A stretch of DNA of 64,000 nt from an uncultured bacterium (GTDB lineage: Bacteria > Planctomycetota > UBA8742 > UBA2392). Below the pieces are notes generated by a model, which was given only the letters and a program-made list of their open reading frames with translations, was not told the origin of the DNA and made no database searches. The stretch spans positions 121,679-185,678 of the forward strand of contig CALLQI010000022.1 of the NCBI GenBank assembly GCA_938014885.1, read 5' to 3'. Below are positions 10,701 to 19,475 of the stretch, piece after piece. Made by a program: the position numbers and the translations under genes. The number at the start of each line of letters is the position of its first letter. Positions within the stretch are counted from its first letter, which is position 1.

Positions 10701-11343
10701 TCGTGCGGTACAGGCGTTCTTCGCCGTACATCTCTTTCTTGTGGTTGAAGGCTTCGGTGATGCCGTCGGTGTACAGCAGCAGTAAATCGCCGGGGGTCAG
10801 CTGGAAGAACTCTTCGCGCAGATGCTTTTTCAGCTCCGTCGATTGCAGCACGCCCAGCACCGGCGCGTTGCCGTGGGTCCACTTGTCGCGCAGCTTGCCG
10901 CCGCGCATCAGGATTGGCGGGTTGTGCCCCGCACTGGCAAAGCAGAAGCGCCGGTTGCGGATGTCCAACATGCCGTACAGCGCCGACAAGAACATCCCGC
11001 GCGGTAAGTCGGCCCGGATGCTGTCATTCACCTCAAGCAGCACCTGTTTGGGCGAAAGGCAGCCACGGCCACAGATCTGGAGTACTTTCTTGGCCGCCGC
11101 CATCAGCAATGCTGCCGCGGCGCCGTGCCCGCTGACGTCAGCCATCACGATGCCGAGTCGCCAGCTATCGACCATGATGAAGTCGTAGAAGTCGCCGCCC
11201 AAAAGGTCGCAGGGCCGGTACGAAGCCGCCAGCTCAAGGCCCGAAACGTTGGGCACTTCAGGAAGCATGGACAACTGCACCTTCCGGGCGCGTTCGAGCT
11301 CGGAGGCGCTGTTGCCCATCATCGCGGATCGTTCAAGTCCCAT
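7726..11343 (-). CDS. PP2C/SpoIIE-type phosphatase - STAND (NB-ARC-like) P-loop NTPase - TPR protein with basic Pro-rich C-terminal tail
   Basis: N-terminal PPM motifs GGDFYDF, ADVSGHG, YTDGITE, QSDDETL; Walker A GPAGAGKT and Walker B LLLLDNCE; 8 or more TPR-like helical repeats; tail PKRPPSAPSIVAAPPPAPATVPAPATVPAPAPRK...PRKRRP. Confidence 0.85.
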   Translation of the reverse strand: MGLERSAMMGNSASELERARKVQLSMLPEVPNVSGLELAASYRPCDLLGGDFYDFIMVDSWRLGIVMADVSGHGAAAALLMAAAKKVLQICGRGCLSPKQVLLEVNDSIRADLPRGMFLSALYGMLDIRNRRFCFASAGHNPPILMRGGKLRDKWTHGNAPVLGVLQSTELKKHLREEFFQLTPGDLLLLYTDGITEAFNHKKEMYGEERLYRTIGARQGMPLHGMVEAIRADVDGFRAGATQSDDETLLALHVLQPPPKFKPLVAETRDSKDNLPRYDTTLVGRDRDMEQVVALLRSDQARAITVSGPAGAGKTRVAVAAAEQVQERFPGGMVYVDLANARDVASVCNLTAQALRVGEGTASLGLRIAAALEGAGSATLLLLDNCEASADSVSRCVQEWLSRVKTLRVVLTSRFALEFPGETSVVLKPLDTPREGEKRPSAELMSLPSVALFTQRAQENDPSFRVDGGNVRDIAAIVARLDGIPQAIELAAARVAVMSPRQILEKLDQRFELLKRDGAASRDTLEGTLAWSFELLDDTEQRALMMLSVFPDGFQLDVAELMLKVLPGASPEELVRALLRHNLITFDRLTELEGERRFRLYESVRLFALARLQSMGAMEPTEQLFEKSLIEYVRKWWWKNTREGSLEGRRRTRLEMQGLLQVARRTHRPEWRAWAAVIAAPVQNSLGEKDLALELVRRSLAGIQEGSEEWVWVHIIDGTLRIFTSTESVLEMLEGIKCDGIALYRKLLIMSYGYSKSGNVERARERALQALAIKGLSPTLLSRGHDRLGTYIATGGDKAEAMEHFQLALRYARESGDIATLSQAHYSMGWFLQRGGRHAEALEHHQQALKLAQEDADHQIESQALACIGLNAHLLGDKQVSEASLLRAMRVAREVGATNLEAQHLNTLTRIYHEQDRDEEALRVAMRARELSRDLGSKQTEAISESNVAAMLLQLKRAGPAIEALENALKLSLEVKDLRTVSVVQGNLGNAWIEKGREARNRRDILKGIDLLRTGCAGRRANGFEPMAESELGLAKALIEVGQKDEARKIIEMAKASLHELGNDLSRKLEDEADDLLEELEPNLPRSGRRKRVKLEKASDPARPKVPFPRTGFTPVAKPTAPTGVMVPKRPPSAPSIVAAPPPAPATVPAPATVPAPAPRKLSSPALAKAAPGKPVSGPHAKPKLPGKESSQRRPRGVAPRKRRP

Positions 11344-11455
11344 GAGCCCTACAGTTTAGGAACTGTCAGAAACGATTGTCATCACCAATGCGTCATATTC
11401 CAGCACCTATCGATCAAGACTTCGCGTGGCCGTCGGCTACCGGTAGAATACCCCC
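11344..11455. promoter_or_regulatory. divergent intergenic region shared by the STAND-phosphatase gene (minus) and the AAA ATPase operon (plus)
   Basis: 112-bp gap between the two start codons; lower GC than flanks (tcagaaacgattgtcatcaccaatgcgtcatattccagcacctatcgatcaag). No promoter motif confirmed. Confidence 0.35.
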
Positions 11456-12952
11456 ATGGAACGCGCCGACCCGGTCTCCGAACTTGCGCTGCTGATCCGC
11501 ACCCGGCACCCGCTGATCACCATCGAAACCGTGGAAGAAGCCCGCGCGTTCGAGTTCGTGATGCGCGCCTGCCACCGCGTCAACCTGCACAAGTTCCGCT
11601 GGAGTGTCACGCGCGGCCTGCACCGCACCCGCCCCCAGTTTGCAGAGCCGGTGATGGAGACCGAAGAACCCCGCCGCGCGCTGGCACACCTGCTGCACGG
11701 CGACCTGCCCGGCATATACGTGTTCGCCGACCTGATGCCGCACCTGACCACTGCCGTGGACCAACGCCTGCTGCGCGAAGTCGTCGAACACGCGGAACGC
11801 AAAGGCCAGACCATTATCCTGATTGAGCAACGATTGAATCTGCCGCCGGCCCTTGAGCGTCTGGCTGTACCCTTCGACCTCGCGTTACCCGACGAAGCTG
11901 CCATACGCGACCTGGCGTCGCGCACCTTCAAGGAAATCGGCGAGATCGCTCATGTGAAGGTCGAAATCAAGCGCTCGGAACTGGACGACCTGCTGCGCAA
12001 CCTGCGCGGCCTGACCACCAATGAAGTACGGCGCGCGATCTGGCGCGCCGCACTGGATGATGGCCGCATCGACGCCGCCGACGTAAAGGGCGTGCTGCAG
12101 CTCAAGCAAGAGAAGCTGCGCGAAGGCGGCATGCTGGAGTACATCGAGCCCGGCATCAAGCTCGACGACATCGGCGGGCTGAACCGGCTGAAAGAGTGGC
12201 TGCGCCTGCGTGAGCGCGCACTGACGCCCGAAGCCCGCGAGTTCGGCCTGGCCCCGCCGCGCGGCATTCTGCTGCTGGGTGTGCAGGGCGCGGGCAAAAG
12301 CATGTGCGCCCGCGCCGTGGCCGCGGCCTGGAACCTGCCGCTGCTGCGCATGGACCCGGGTGCCCTGTACGACAAGTACGTCGGCGAGTCCGAGAAGCAG
12401 CTTCGGCGCGCATTGCGCACCGCCGAGGCCATGGCGCCGCTGGTGCTGTGGATCGACGAGATTGAGAAGGGATTCGCCAGTGCGGCCTCGCAAAGCACCG
12501 ACGGCGGGCTTTCGCAGCGCATGTTCGGGACGCTGCTTTCCTGGATGCAGGACAACCGCGCGCCGATTTTTCTGGTGGCCACAGCCAATGACATCTCCGC
12601 GCTGCCGCCTGAGTTGATGCGCAAGGGCCGCTTTGACGAAATCTTTTTCGTGGACCTTCCTGACGCGCCCGCCCGCGAGCAGATACTCGCGGTGCACCTA
12701 GAGCGCCGCAAACGCGACCCCAAGAACTTTGATCTCAAGGCGCTTGCTGCCGCATCCGACGGTTTCAGCGGCGCTGAGCTGGAACAGGCCATTGTCAGCG
12801 CCCTGTACGCAGCGTTTGCGGCCGGCACGGAACTCAGCACGCAAGGCTTGCTGGATGAGCTCGGCCGCACACGCGCGATCAGCGTTACCATGGCAGAGCG
12901 CATCACCGAGTTGCGCGACTGGGCCGCCGACCGCTGCGTGCCCGCCAACTGA
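11456..12952 (+). CDS. AAA+ family ATPase (classic clade) with about 230-aa N-terminal domain of unknown function
   Basis: Walker A LLLGVQGAGKS, Walker B VLWIDEIE, second region of homology with Arg fingers ATANDISALPPELMRKGRFDE, sensor-2 SGAELEQA. Confidence 0.85.
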   Translation: MERADPVSELALLIRTRHPLITIETVEEARAFEFVMRACHRVNLHKFRWSVTRGLHRTRPQFAEPVMETEEPRRALAHLLHGDLPGIYVFADLMPHLTTAVDQRLLREVVEHAERKGQTIILIEQRLNLPPALERLAVPFDLALPDEAAIRDLASRTFKEIGEIAHVKVEIKRSELDDLLRNLRGLTTNEVRRAIWRAALDDGRIDAADVKGVLQLKQEKLREGGMLEYIEPGIKLDDIGGLNRLKEWLRLRERALTPEAREFGLAPPRGILLLGVQGAGKSMCARAVAAAWNLPLLRMDPGALYDKYVGESEKQLRRALRTAEAMAPLVLWIDEIEKGFASAASQSTDGGLSQRMFGTLLSWMQDNRAPIFLVATANDISALPPELMRKGRFDEIFFVDLPDAPAREQILAVHLERRKRDPKNFDLKALAAASDGFSGAELEQAIVSALYAAFAAGTELSTQGLLDELGRTRAISVTMAERITELRDWAADRCVPAN

Positions 12953-13013
12953 TGACCGATTGCCCGGCCTTAGCTAAGCTGCCCGGGAACACCACTCCAG
13001 CCACAGGAGCCCC

Positions 13014-13388
13014 ATGTCGTCCACCCAGCTTGACCAGTTTGCCGCCGCCGCGCTGCAAGGCCTGCTTACCCGCGGTGGCTTCACAGACTACGACGAACTT
13101 GCGCGTGAGGCCTTCCAGATCGCCCGGGCGATGATGGCTGAGCGCCTGCGCCAGTCGGAATTGCCGGATAGTGAAGGCGAGGCCGGAGACCTGATGGAAG
13201 CCGCGATTGACTCGCTGGAGCTGCCGCTGCGCGTGATCAAGAAGCTGCGTGCGCTGGGTGTGAGCACTGTGCGCGACCTGACGCTGACTACGGAGAAAGC
13301 GATCCGCGCCACCGGCCTGAAGGACGAGAGCATGGACGAAATCCGCCAGGCGCTGCACCGGCTGGGGCTCAACATCGCCAGCTCGTAG
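13014..13388 (+). CDS. free-standing RNA polymerase alpha-subunit C-terminal-domain (alphaCTD)-like protein
   Basis: C-terminal 55 aa IDSLELPLRVIKKLRALGVSTVRDLTLTTEKAIRATGLKDESMDEIRQALHRLGL matches the alphaCTD helix-hairpin-helix consensus (compare E. coli RpoA LELSVRSANCLK..GIHTVGDLV..LLKTPNLGKKSLTEIK). Confidence 0.6.
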   Translation: MSSTQLDQFAAAALQGLLTRGGFTDYDELAREAFQIARAMMAERLRQSELPDSEGEAGDLMEAAIDSLELPLRVIKKLRALGVSTVRDLTLTTEKAIRATGLKDESMDEIRQALHRLGLNIASS

Positions 13389-13433
13389 GCCACGCGGTCT
13401 GGCACGGTGCACTGGCCTTGCTAAACCCTCCGC

Positions 13434-14333
13434 ATGGCGATGCGCATTGTGGTGGCCGGGGCAACGGGCAGCGTGGGACGGGCGGTGATTCGCCTCGCCC
13501 GCGCGCGTGGCCTGCACACCGTCGCGATTGGCCGCGATGCCGCACGCCTGCAAACTGCCGGTGCCGACGAAGCGCGCGAAGTCAGCTTCCAGCAACCCGA
13601 ATCCCTGCGCGCCGTGATGCTTCCCGGCGATGTCGTCTTTTCATCCCTTGGGGCCAGCGCTTCGCCCAGCCCCTTCATGGGGCGCAAACGCTATCGCGAC
13701 GTGGACGTGCCGCTGAACATGGCGCTTCTTGAATCCGCGAAGCAGGCCAGCGCGGCCCGCTTCTTGTACGTGTCGTTGGCCTTTGGCCGCGATTTGCGCC
13801 AGTACGCCTTTGCCGACGCCCACGAACAGGTCGTTGATGCCGTGGTCGCCTCCGGGCTGCGCTATACGATCCTGAGGCCGACCGGCATATTCAGCACGTT
13901 CCGCCGCCTGTGGGGCTTTGCCAAGCTGGGCGTATTCCCTATCCCCGGCAACCCGGATTGCCGCAGCAACCCGATCCATGAAGACGACATCGCGTCCAAC
14001 GCGCTGGATTCATTGGCCCGGGGCGATGAGCAACTCGAGATCGGCGGGCCGGAAGTCTTCACCCGCCGCGAAATCGGCCTGCAGATGTGCCAGGCAGCCG
14101 GCTGGAAGCACGGAAGCACGCTGCGCATCCCGAAGTGGGTGCACCTTGGCAGCGCGCATCTGCTGGCGATCATCAGCCCGCGCGTGCTGGACATGCTGCG
14201 TTTTTACTGGGCGATCTCGGTCTTCGACAACATCGCGCCCGTGGCCGGGCAGCGTCGGCTGGCCGACTACTACACCGAGGCAGCGCGCCACAAGCCGGGC
14301 GTGCTGGGCGGCCTGCATCGTTCAGGCTGGTAG
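13434..14333 (+). CDS. NAD(P)H-binding NmrA-like / atypical SDR family protein
   Basis: N-terminal Rossmann motif MRIVVAGATGSVGRAV; size and overall pattern typical of NmrA/HSCARG-like reductases. Confidence 0.7.
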   Translation: MAMRIVVAGATGSVGRAVIRLARARGLHTVAIGRDAARLQTAGADEAREVSFQQPESLRAVMLPGDVVFSSLGASASPSPFMGRKRYRDVDVPLNMALLESAKQASAARFLYVSLAFGRDLRQYAFADAHEQVVDAVVASGLRYTILRPTGIFSTFRRLWGFAKLGVFPIPGNPDCRSNPIHEDDIASNALDSLARGDEQLEIGGPEVFTRREIGLQMCQAAGWKHGSTLRIPKWVHLGSAHLLAIISPRVLDMLRFYWAISVFDNIAPVAGQRRLADYYTEAARHKPGVLGGLHRSGW

Positions 14334-14343
14334 CTGTCGTTGG

Positions 14344-17300
14344 CTATCCGATGCGCGGCGGGCGGCGACGCTTGCGCGGCACCTTTCCGGTGGGGCTTGC
14401 GCCCTTGCGCTTCACGGGCAGCGGGGCCCTTGCCGGGGTCGGGGCCTGCGCCGGACTTGATTCCACCATCGAATCCAGCAGTTTTCGCGCGCGTTCGGCC
14501 AGTGACGTGCCGTACTGGTCGCCGCGATGTGCAGCCGCATCCAGTGCCTGCTGCGCGAAGGTCTTGGCCTCTTGCTTCTTGCCCGACTCAAGCAGCAGCT
14601 CCGCCAGTGAAACTTCGCCGTTGATCAGCGGGTCGAAACCCAGCCGCCTGCGCTCGGTACAGGCGCGCTGCAGCGCGTCGGTCGCGGCCAGCAGATCTTT
14701 CTTGTCGCGATCGGCACGCCAGCGAATCGCGTGGACTTCACCGATGTTGCTCAGCACACCCAGCGCCGTACGCAGGTCCTTCAACTCAAGCAATGTCTGG
14801 TAGGCCTGCTTTAGTGATTCCAGTGCTGAGCTGCTGTCGCCCAGCTCGACCTTGATTGCCGCGATGTTGCTCTCGGCCACGGCCTCAACAACGCGGTCGC
14901 CGAATTCGCGGGCGACGTCGCGGGCCTGCACACACGAATTCAGGGCTTCCTGCACGCGTCCTTGTTCGAAGTACACGTTGGCCGCGCCATTCAGGCACTT
15001 GGCCAGCGTGCCCGGGCTGCCGGCCTCGCGCGCGATGCGGATGCTGCGCTGGATTGCGGCTTCAGCCTGGTGGCGCTCGCCGATCAGGTTGCTTGCACCC
15101 GCGAGTCCGGCCAGTGCCTGCGCTTCCTGCACCCGCATGCCGCGGTCCTGTGCGATGCGGATCGCGTCGGTGAAGTGCGGCAGCGCGCCGGAAGGATCGC
15201 CGGTGCGCTGGTGCCACTGCCCGAACTGGATCAGCAGCCGCACGTGCAGCTCGCGATACTTCTTGTCGATGCAGACCTTCAGCGCTGACTCAAGACAGGC
15301 GTGCGCCTCGCGGTGGCGGCCGATGCGCTCATACAGGGTGCTCATGTACGAATTCACCCGCGCGCCGTTAATCGCGCCCAGCAGGCCCGAGTTCATTGCC
15401 GCGGTGAAGCAGCGCGCCGAGTCCGACATGCGCCCAAGCTGCATCAGCGCGCGGCCGCGCAGAATGTTGGCGTGGCACAGCGCGAGGCCATCGCCTTTGA
15501 ACTCGGACAGCAGCCGCTCGGTCTCTTCGGGCGATGAGGCCAGCTTCAGCTCGGCCTCGGTAACTTTCAGCCAGTGCCACTCTTCGCAGCCGGGCAGCAG
15601 GCCGTCGTGGGCCTTGAGCACCATTTCCGTGGCGCGCTGGGTTTCGCCCTGCGTTTGCAACGCGGGGGCCAGCATCACGGTGGCGGTGGCGCGGGCCTCA
15701 GGCAGGCTGGTCGAGCGCGAGATTTCTTCCAGGCCCGCGGCTTCCATGCGCAGGCGCTCTTCGGCCTGCACGTGGCCTTCTCGCTTGTCGGTGCTCCACC
15801 AGCGCAGTGCGTAGCCAAGCAGCGCGGCCTCTTGCCGCCGCCGCGTGGCGTCAAGCTGGCCGGCGGCCTTCAGTTTCTCGAGCATGAACAGCCGGAAGGT
15901 CTCAAACAGCGCGTAACGCGGCTCGTTCTCAAGTTCATGGATCGCGTCGGTGTACAAAAGGCTATGGCGCGAAAGGCGCTGCAGCAGCTCGGGCGGTTTG
16001 GCCGGTGCCAGGGCTTTCAACAGTTCGGCGGCGACATCGGGGCCGAACCCGTCGGGGCAGCAGGCAAGCATGCCGGCGGCCGCGCGTTCCGTTTCATCGA
16101 GCAGCTCGTAACTCCAGGCCAAGGCGCCGCGCAGGGTTCCCTTCTCGCCTTCGGCCCGCAGCAGGTCCAAACGCTCATCCAGACGGTCAATGATCTGGCG
16201 CGGGCTCAGCAGGCCGGCGCGCACGGCGGCAAGTTCAATGGCGTGCGGGATGCCATCGAGGCGCTGGCAGATTTCGACCACCTCGCGATAGTTGCTGTCG
16301 GTGATGGCAAAGCCCGGGTCTTCCCGACGCGCGAACTCCGCGAACAGCATCACGGCGGGCAGCGCACGTGCTTCCTCAAGTGAGAAACGAATCTTGCGGG
16401 TGCCGGAAAGCTGCATCAGGGGCTTCACCGCGATGCTGCTTTCACCGGGCAAATCCAGTTGCGCGCGGCTGGTGGCAATCACGCAAACACCGGGGGCGCG
16501 CTGGCGCCACTCTTCGACGCAGCGGGCAACGGCCTTCGTGCAGCCCTCACAGTTGTCGAGCAACAGCAGGATCGGCCCGGGCGCGTTGCCCAGCGCCACG
16601 CCTACGCGATAGCCAAGGCTGGCATCTTCCTGGCCCAGGTGCAGCACGTTGGCCACGCGCCGGCAGATGTCGGCGACGGTCTTGGCCGCTTGCAACTCGA
16701 CGTAGCACACGCCGCCCTTGAAGTGATCGCGCGCGCGCGCGGCCACGTGAATCGCCAGCCGCGTTTTGCCTACGCCGGCGGGGCCGGTCAGCGTGACCAC
16801 CGTACCGGGCTTGCCGGTCAGCAGGGCCAGCAGCGCTTCTACGTCGCGTTCGCGGCCGATCAGCGGGGTGCGGTATTCGGGCAGCCATGTCGGCGCCACG
16901 GTCACGGGCGGGGTCAGTGCGGTTTCGGGCGCACCCTCGACGCGGATGGCGACAAGCGTTTCGTCGTCGGTCAGCGGGGTGCCCGCGCGCAGCGCGTCGG
17001 TAGTGCGGGCCAGCCGTGTCAACAGTTCAGCGGCTTTGCCTGACTGGCGCATGGTCTCATGCAGTTTCTCGCGACCAAGCGTGTTGCCATTCCGATCTGC
17101 CGCCAGCAGCAGGCCGTCAGTGTACAGCAACAGCATGTCGCCCGGTTCAAGTTGCAGCGAATGCTCAGCCAGCTTGCCCTCAAGAATCCGCGATGGAAAC
17201 AGGCCCAGTGCCGGGCCGGCCGCACCGGGCGCGACGTCGGCCACTCCCCGCCGCAGCAGGCTTGGCAGGTGGTGCCCGGCGCTGACCCAGGTGATGCGGT

Positions 17301-17742
17301 GGGTCTGCGTGTCCAGAATGGCGTACAAGATGGTGACGAACATTTCGCGCGGCAGGTCCGCGCGGATCGCCTCGTTCACTTCCGACAGCGCCTTCAGCGG
17401 CGACAGGCAGCCCCGCGCGCAGATCTGCAGTGCCTTCTTGGTTGAGGCCATCATCAGGGCTGCCGCCGCGCCCTGGCCTGAAACGTCGGCCACGGCGATC
17501 CCGAGGTGACGCTCGTCGATGCGGATGAAGTCGTAGAAGTCGCCGCCCAGGCGTTCGCTGGTGCGGTACTCGGCCGCGAACTCAAGTCCTTTGGCGTGGG
17601 GCAGGTCGGGCAGCATGGTGCGCTGCACATCGCGCGCGCGCTCGATGCTGCGTGTGTGGTGCCCCTTGCCGTCGCGACTGTCTGCCATGCACGCTCGGTT
17701 TGCCCAGGGACTTCGATTGGATAAGGCCGCGAAGCCTAGCAC
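14344..17742 (-). CDS. PP2C/SpoIIE phosphatase - STAND NTPase - TPR protein, paralog of 7726..11343
   Basis: GGDFYDF, ADVSGQG (His to Gln), YTDGLL, TDDETL; Walker A GPAGVGKT, Walker B ILLLLDNCE; TPR array; tail PVKRKGASPTGKVPRKRRRPPRIG. About 60% identity to the other copy across the phosphatase domain by eye. Confidence 0.85.
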   Translation of the reverse strand: MLGFAALSNRSPWANRACMADSRDGKGHHTRSIERARDVQRTMLPDLPHAKGLEFAAEYRTSERLGGDFYDFIRIDERHLGIAVADVSGQGAAAALMMASTKKALQICARGCLSPLKALSEVNEAIRADLPREMFVTILYAILDTQTHRITWVSAGHHLPSLLRRGVADVAPGAAGPALGLFPSRILEGKLAEHSLQLEPGDMLLLYTDGLLLAADRNGNTLGREKLHETMRQSGKAAELLTRLARTTDALRAGTPLTDDETLVAIRVEGAPETALTPPVTVAPTWLPEYRTPLIGRERDVEALLALLTGKPGTVVTLTGPAGVGKTRLAIHVAARARDHFKGGVCYVELQAAKTVADICRRVANVLHLGQEDASLGYRVGVALGNAPGPILLLLDNCEGCTKAVARCVEEWRQRAPGVCVIATSRAQLDLPGESSIAVKPLMQLSGTRKIRFSLEEARALPAVMLFAEFARREDPGFAITDSNYREVVEICQRLDGIPHAIELAAVRAGLLSPRQIIDRLDERLDLLRAEGEKGTLRGALAWSYELLDETERAAAGMLACCPDGFGPDVAAELLKALAPAKPPELLQRLSRHSLLYTDAIHELENEPRYALFETFRLFMLEKLKAAGQLDATRRRQEAALLGYALRWWSTDKREGHVQAEERLRMEAAGLEEISRSTSLPEARATATVMLAPALQTQGETQRATEMVLKAHDGLLPGCEEWHWLKVTEAELKLASSPEETERLLSEFKGDGLALCHANILRGRALMQLGRMSDSARCFTAAMNSGLLGAINGARVNSYMSTLYERIGRHREAHACLESALKVCIDKKYRELHVRLLIQFGQWHQRTGDPSGALPHFTDAIRIAQDRGMRVQEAQALAGLAGASNLIGERHQAEAAIQRSIRIAREAGSPGTLAKCLNGAANVYFEQGRVQEALNSCVQARDVAREFGDRVVEAVAESNIAAIKVELGDSSSALESLKQAYQTLLELKDLRTALGVLSNIGEVHAIRWRADRDKKDLLAATDALQRACTERRRLGFDPLINGEVSLAELLLESGKKQEAKTFAQQALDAAAHRGDQYGTSLAERARKLLDSMVESSPAQAPTPARAPLPVKRKGASPTGKVPRKRRRPPRIG

Positions 17743-17778
17743 ATGCGGGCGGCGCGGTTAAGGGGCTTGGAGCCGCCC

Positions 17779-18803
17779 TCAAGCCTTGTTGAGCGCGTGC
17801 AGCTCGCGCAGGGTCTGCGGGTCGCATTCGAGCGTCAGGATGTCGCCCGCCTGCACCGTGTTGCTGGTTGGCGGGTGAAACACGGCGCCTTCGCCGCGCT
17901 TTTGGCTGATCACGACCAGCTGGAAGCGCTTGACCATGTCCCCCACCGTCAGCTTCGTCATCTCGCAGTCGTTGACCACGGTGATGCGCGCGACCACCAG
18001 CAGGCGGCCGTCGACGTAGAAGCTGTTGATCACGCAGGGGTCGATGCTGGCCGTGGCGAACAAAGGTGCCGATAGCATGGCCGTGCTGAACGCCAGGTGG
18101 ATGTTCATGGTGTCGCGGATTTTCTCGGCCAGTTCCTGGTCGTACATGCGCAGCACCACCCGGATGTCCGGCTTGACCTTGCGGGCATCGATGGCGAGCT
18201 CGAGGTTTGCCAAGTCGTCGTCGGTGCAGCAGATTACGCTGCGCGCGCGCTCGACGCCCATTTCTTCGAGGATGCCTTCTTCGCGATGGGTGCCGACGCG
18301 CACCGGCACGCCGTGATGGCGCGCGTAGGCGAAGTTGGGGCTGTGCTCGTTCTTTTCGATCACCACAACTTCCTGCTTCAGCTCCACCAGCTGCTGCAAC
18401 ACGCGAAAGCCGACCTTGCCGAGGCCGAACAGGATGACGTGGTTATGCAGAGTTGAAGTCATGGCTCGCACCCATTCCGGAGACTTTTCATCGCGCCGAA
18501 ACGCGTAGTAGGAAAACCGCACCAGGCCGTCCAGCACCACGACAATCCCGGTCAGCGGCAGCAAGTAGTACAGCACTTCAAGCAGCCAGTGGCTGGGCCA
18601 ATCCAGCACGGGCTCGCCGGTCAGCAACGCAAACGTGGTCCAGATTGACTGCGACAGTGACAGCGGCTGGTCATACAGGTTGTGAAACGCGACGCCGCCC
18701 AGCAGCACCACCGCCACCGCAAAGAAGAACAGCGGCAGAAACTGCCGTATCGGCCGGCGCAGGTAGTACAGCCAGGCCTGAAGTCTGCGTTTGCGTGTGC
18801 GCA
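17779..18803 (-). CDS. RCK/TrkA-N plus TrkA-C domain membrane protein (putative ion channel with non-canonical pore region)
   Basis: Start taken at internal ATG (MRTRKRRLQAW...); 2-3 TM segments, then NAD-binding-like RCK fold (VILFGLGKVGFRVLQQL) and a TrkA-C-like tail; no canonical TVGYGD filter. Confidence 0.65.
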
Positions 18804-18830
18804 TGTTTGCCCGCCGGGATAACCCGTGCC

Positions 18831-19475
18831 CTACCCGGCCCACTTTGCCCGAAGTTGGTCGTTGATGCCAATGCGCGTCACCTCGCGCCCGCCGATCGAC
18901 ACCCCGGCCTGCGAGTTCAGTACCGTCAGCACCAGCGCCGGCCGCGCCATGCTGGCGGCGAAGTCGTGTACCGTGGCGCGTTCGCGCTGGGCCAACAGGG
19001 CGGCGATGCCGCCGGCAAGTTCCGACTCGGACACTTTTGCGGCCGCGCGCCACAGGCGCAGTTCGCGCCAGGCCTGCACTGTGGCCCAGCCCGCGAACAG
19101 CAGCACGACGCGACTTAGCTTGATGAGGAAGATCTCAATCCAGACCCATGCTTCTGCCGGCGCGTAGGCGTCGCCTTCTTCGCCGATCTCGATCGTTTTC
19201 AGCCACAGCGGCCCATCGGCGAGTGCAAGGCGCTTCACGTTGCGCCAGTTGACCCAGGTGCCGATGACCCAAAAGACAATCACCAGCGCGTAGCCAGCCG
19301 GGATAATCCACGGCTCCGAGCGCAGCAGCAGCGCTAGCAAGTACACAAACAGCAGCCCCGTGAAACCGCCCGCAAGCAGCCCCACAAACGAGTAAAACGC
19401 CGCCCCCACCAGCGCATGGTGGCGCGCGTCCTGCTTCATGACCCGCGCGGCGTGGAAGTGGTCGTCCGGGTTCAT
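18831..19475 (-). CDS. membrane protein, unknown function
   Basis: ORF with 4 predicted TM helices; start overlaps the upstream gene stop by 4 bp (ATGA), suggesting translational coupling. Confidence 0.5.
   Translation of the reverse strand: MNPDDHFHAARVMKQDARHHALVGAAFYSFVGLLAGGFTGLLFVYLLALLLRSEPWIIPAGYALVIVFWVIGTWVNWRNVKRLALADGPLWLKTIEIGEEGDAYAPAEAWVWIEIFLIKLSRVVLLFAGWATVQAWRELRLWRAAAKVSESELAGGIAALLAQRERATVHDFAASMARPALVLTVLNSQAGVSIGGREVTRIGINDQLRAKWAG

Noticed and set aside
18804-19053. Upstream extension of the RCK membrane protein ORF to 19053.
   Set aside because: It would overlap the 18831..19475 membrane-protein gene on the same strand in another frame and is Arg/Gly-rich non-membrane sequence. 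The internal ATG at 18803 gives a clean 28-bp intergenic spacer.
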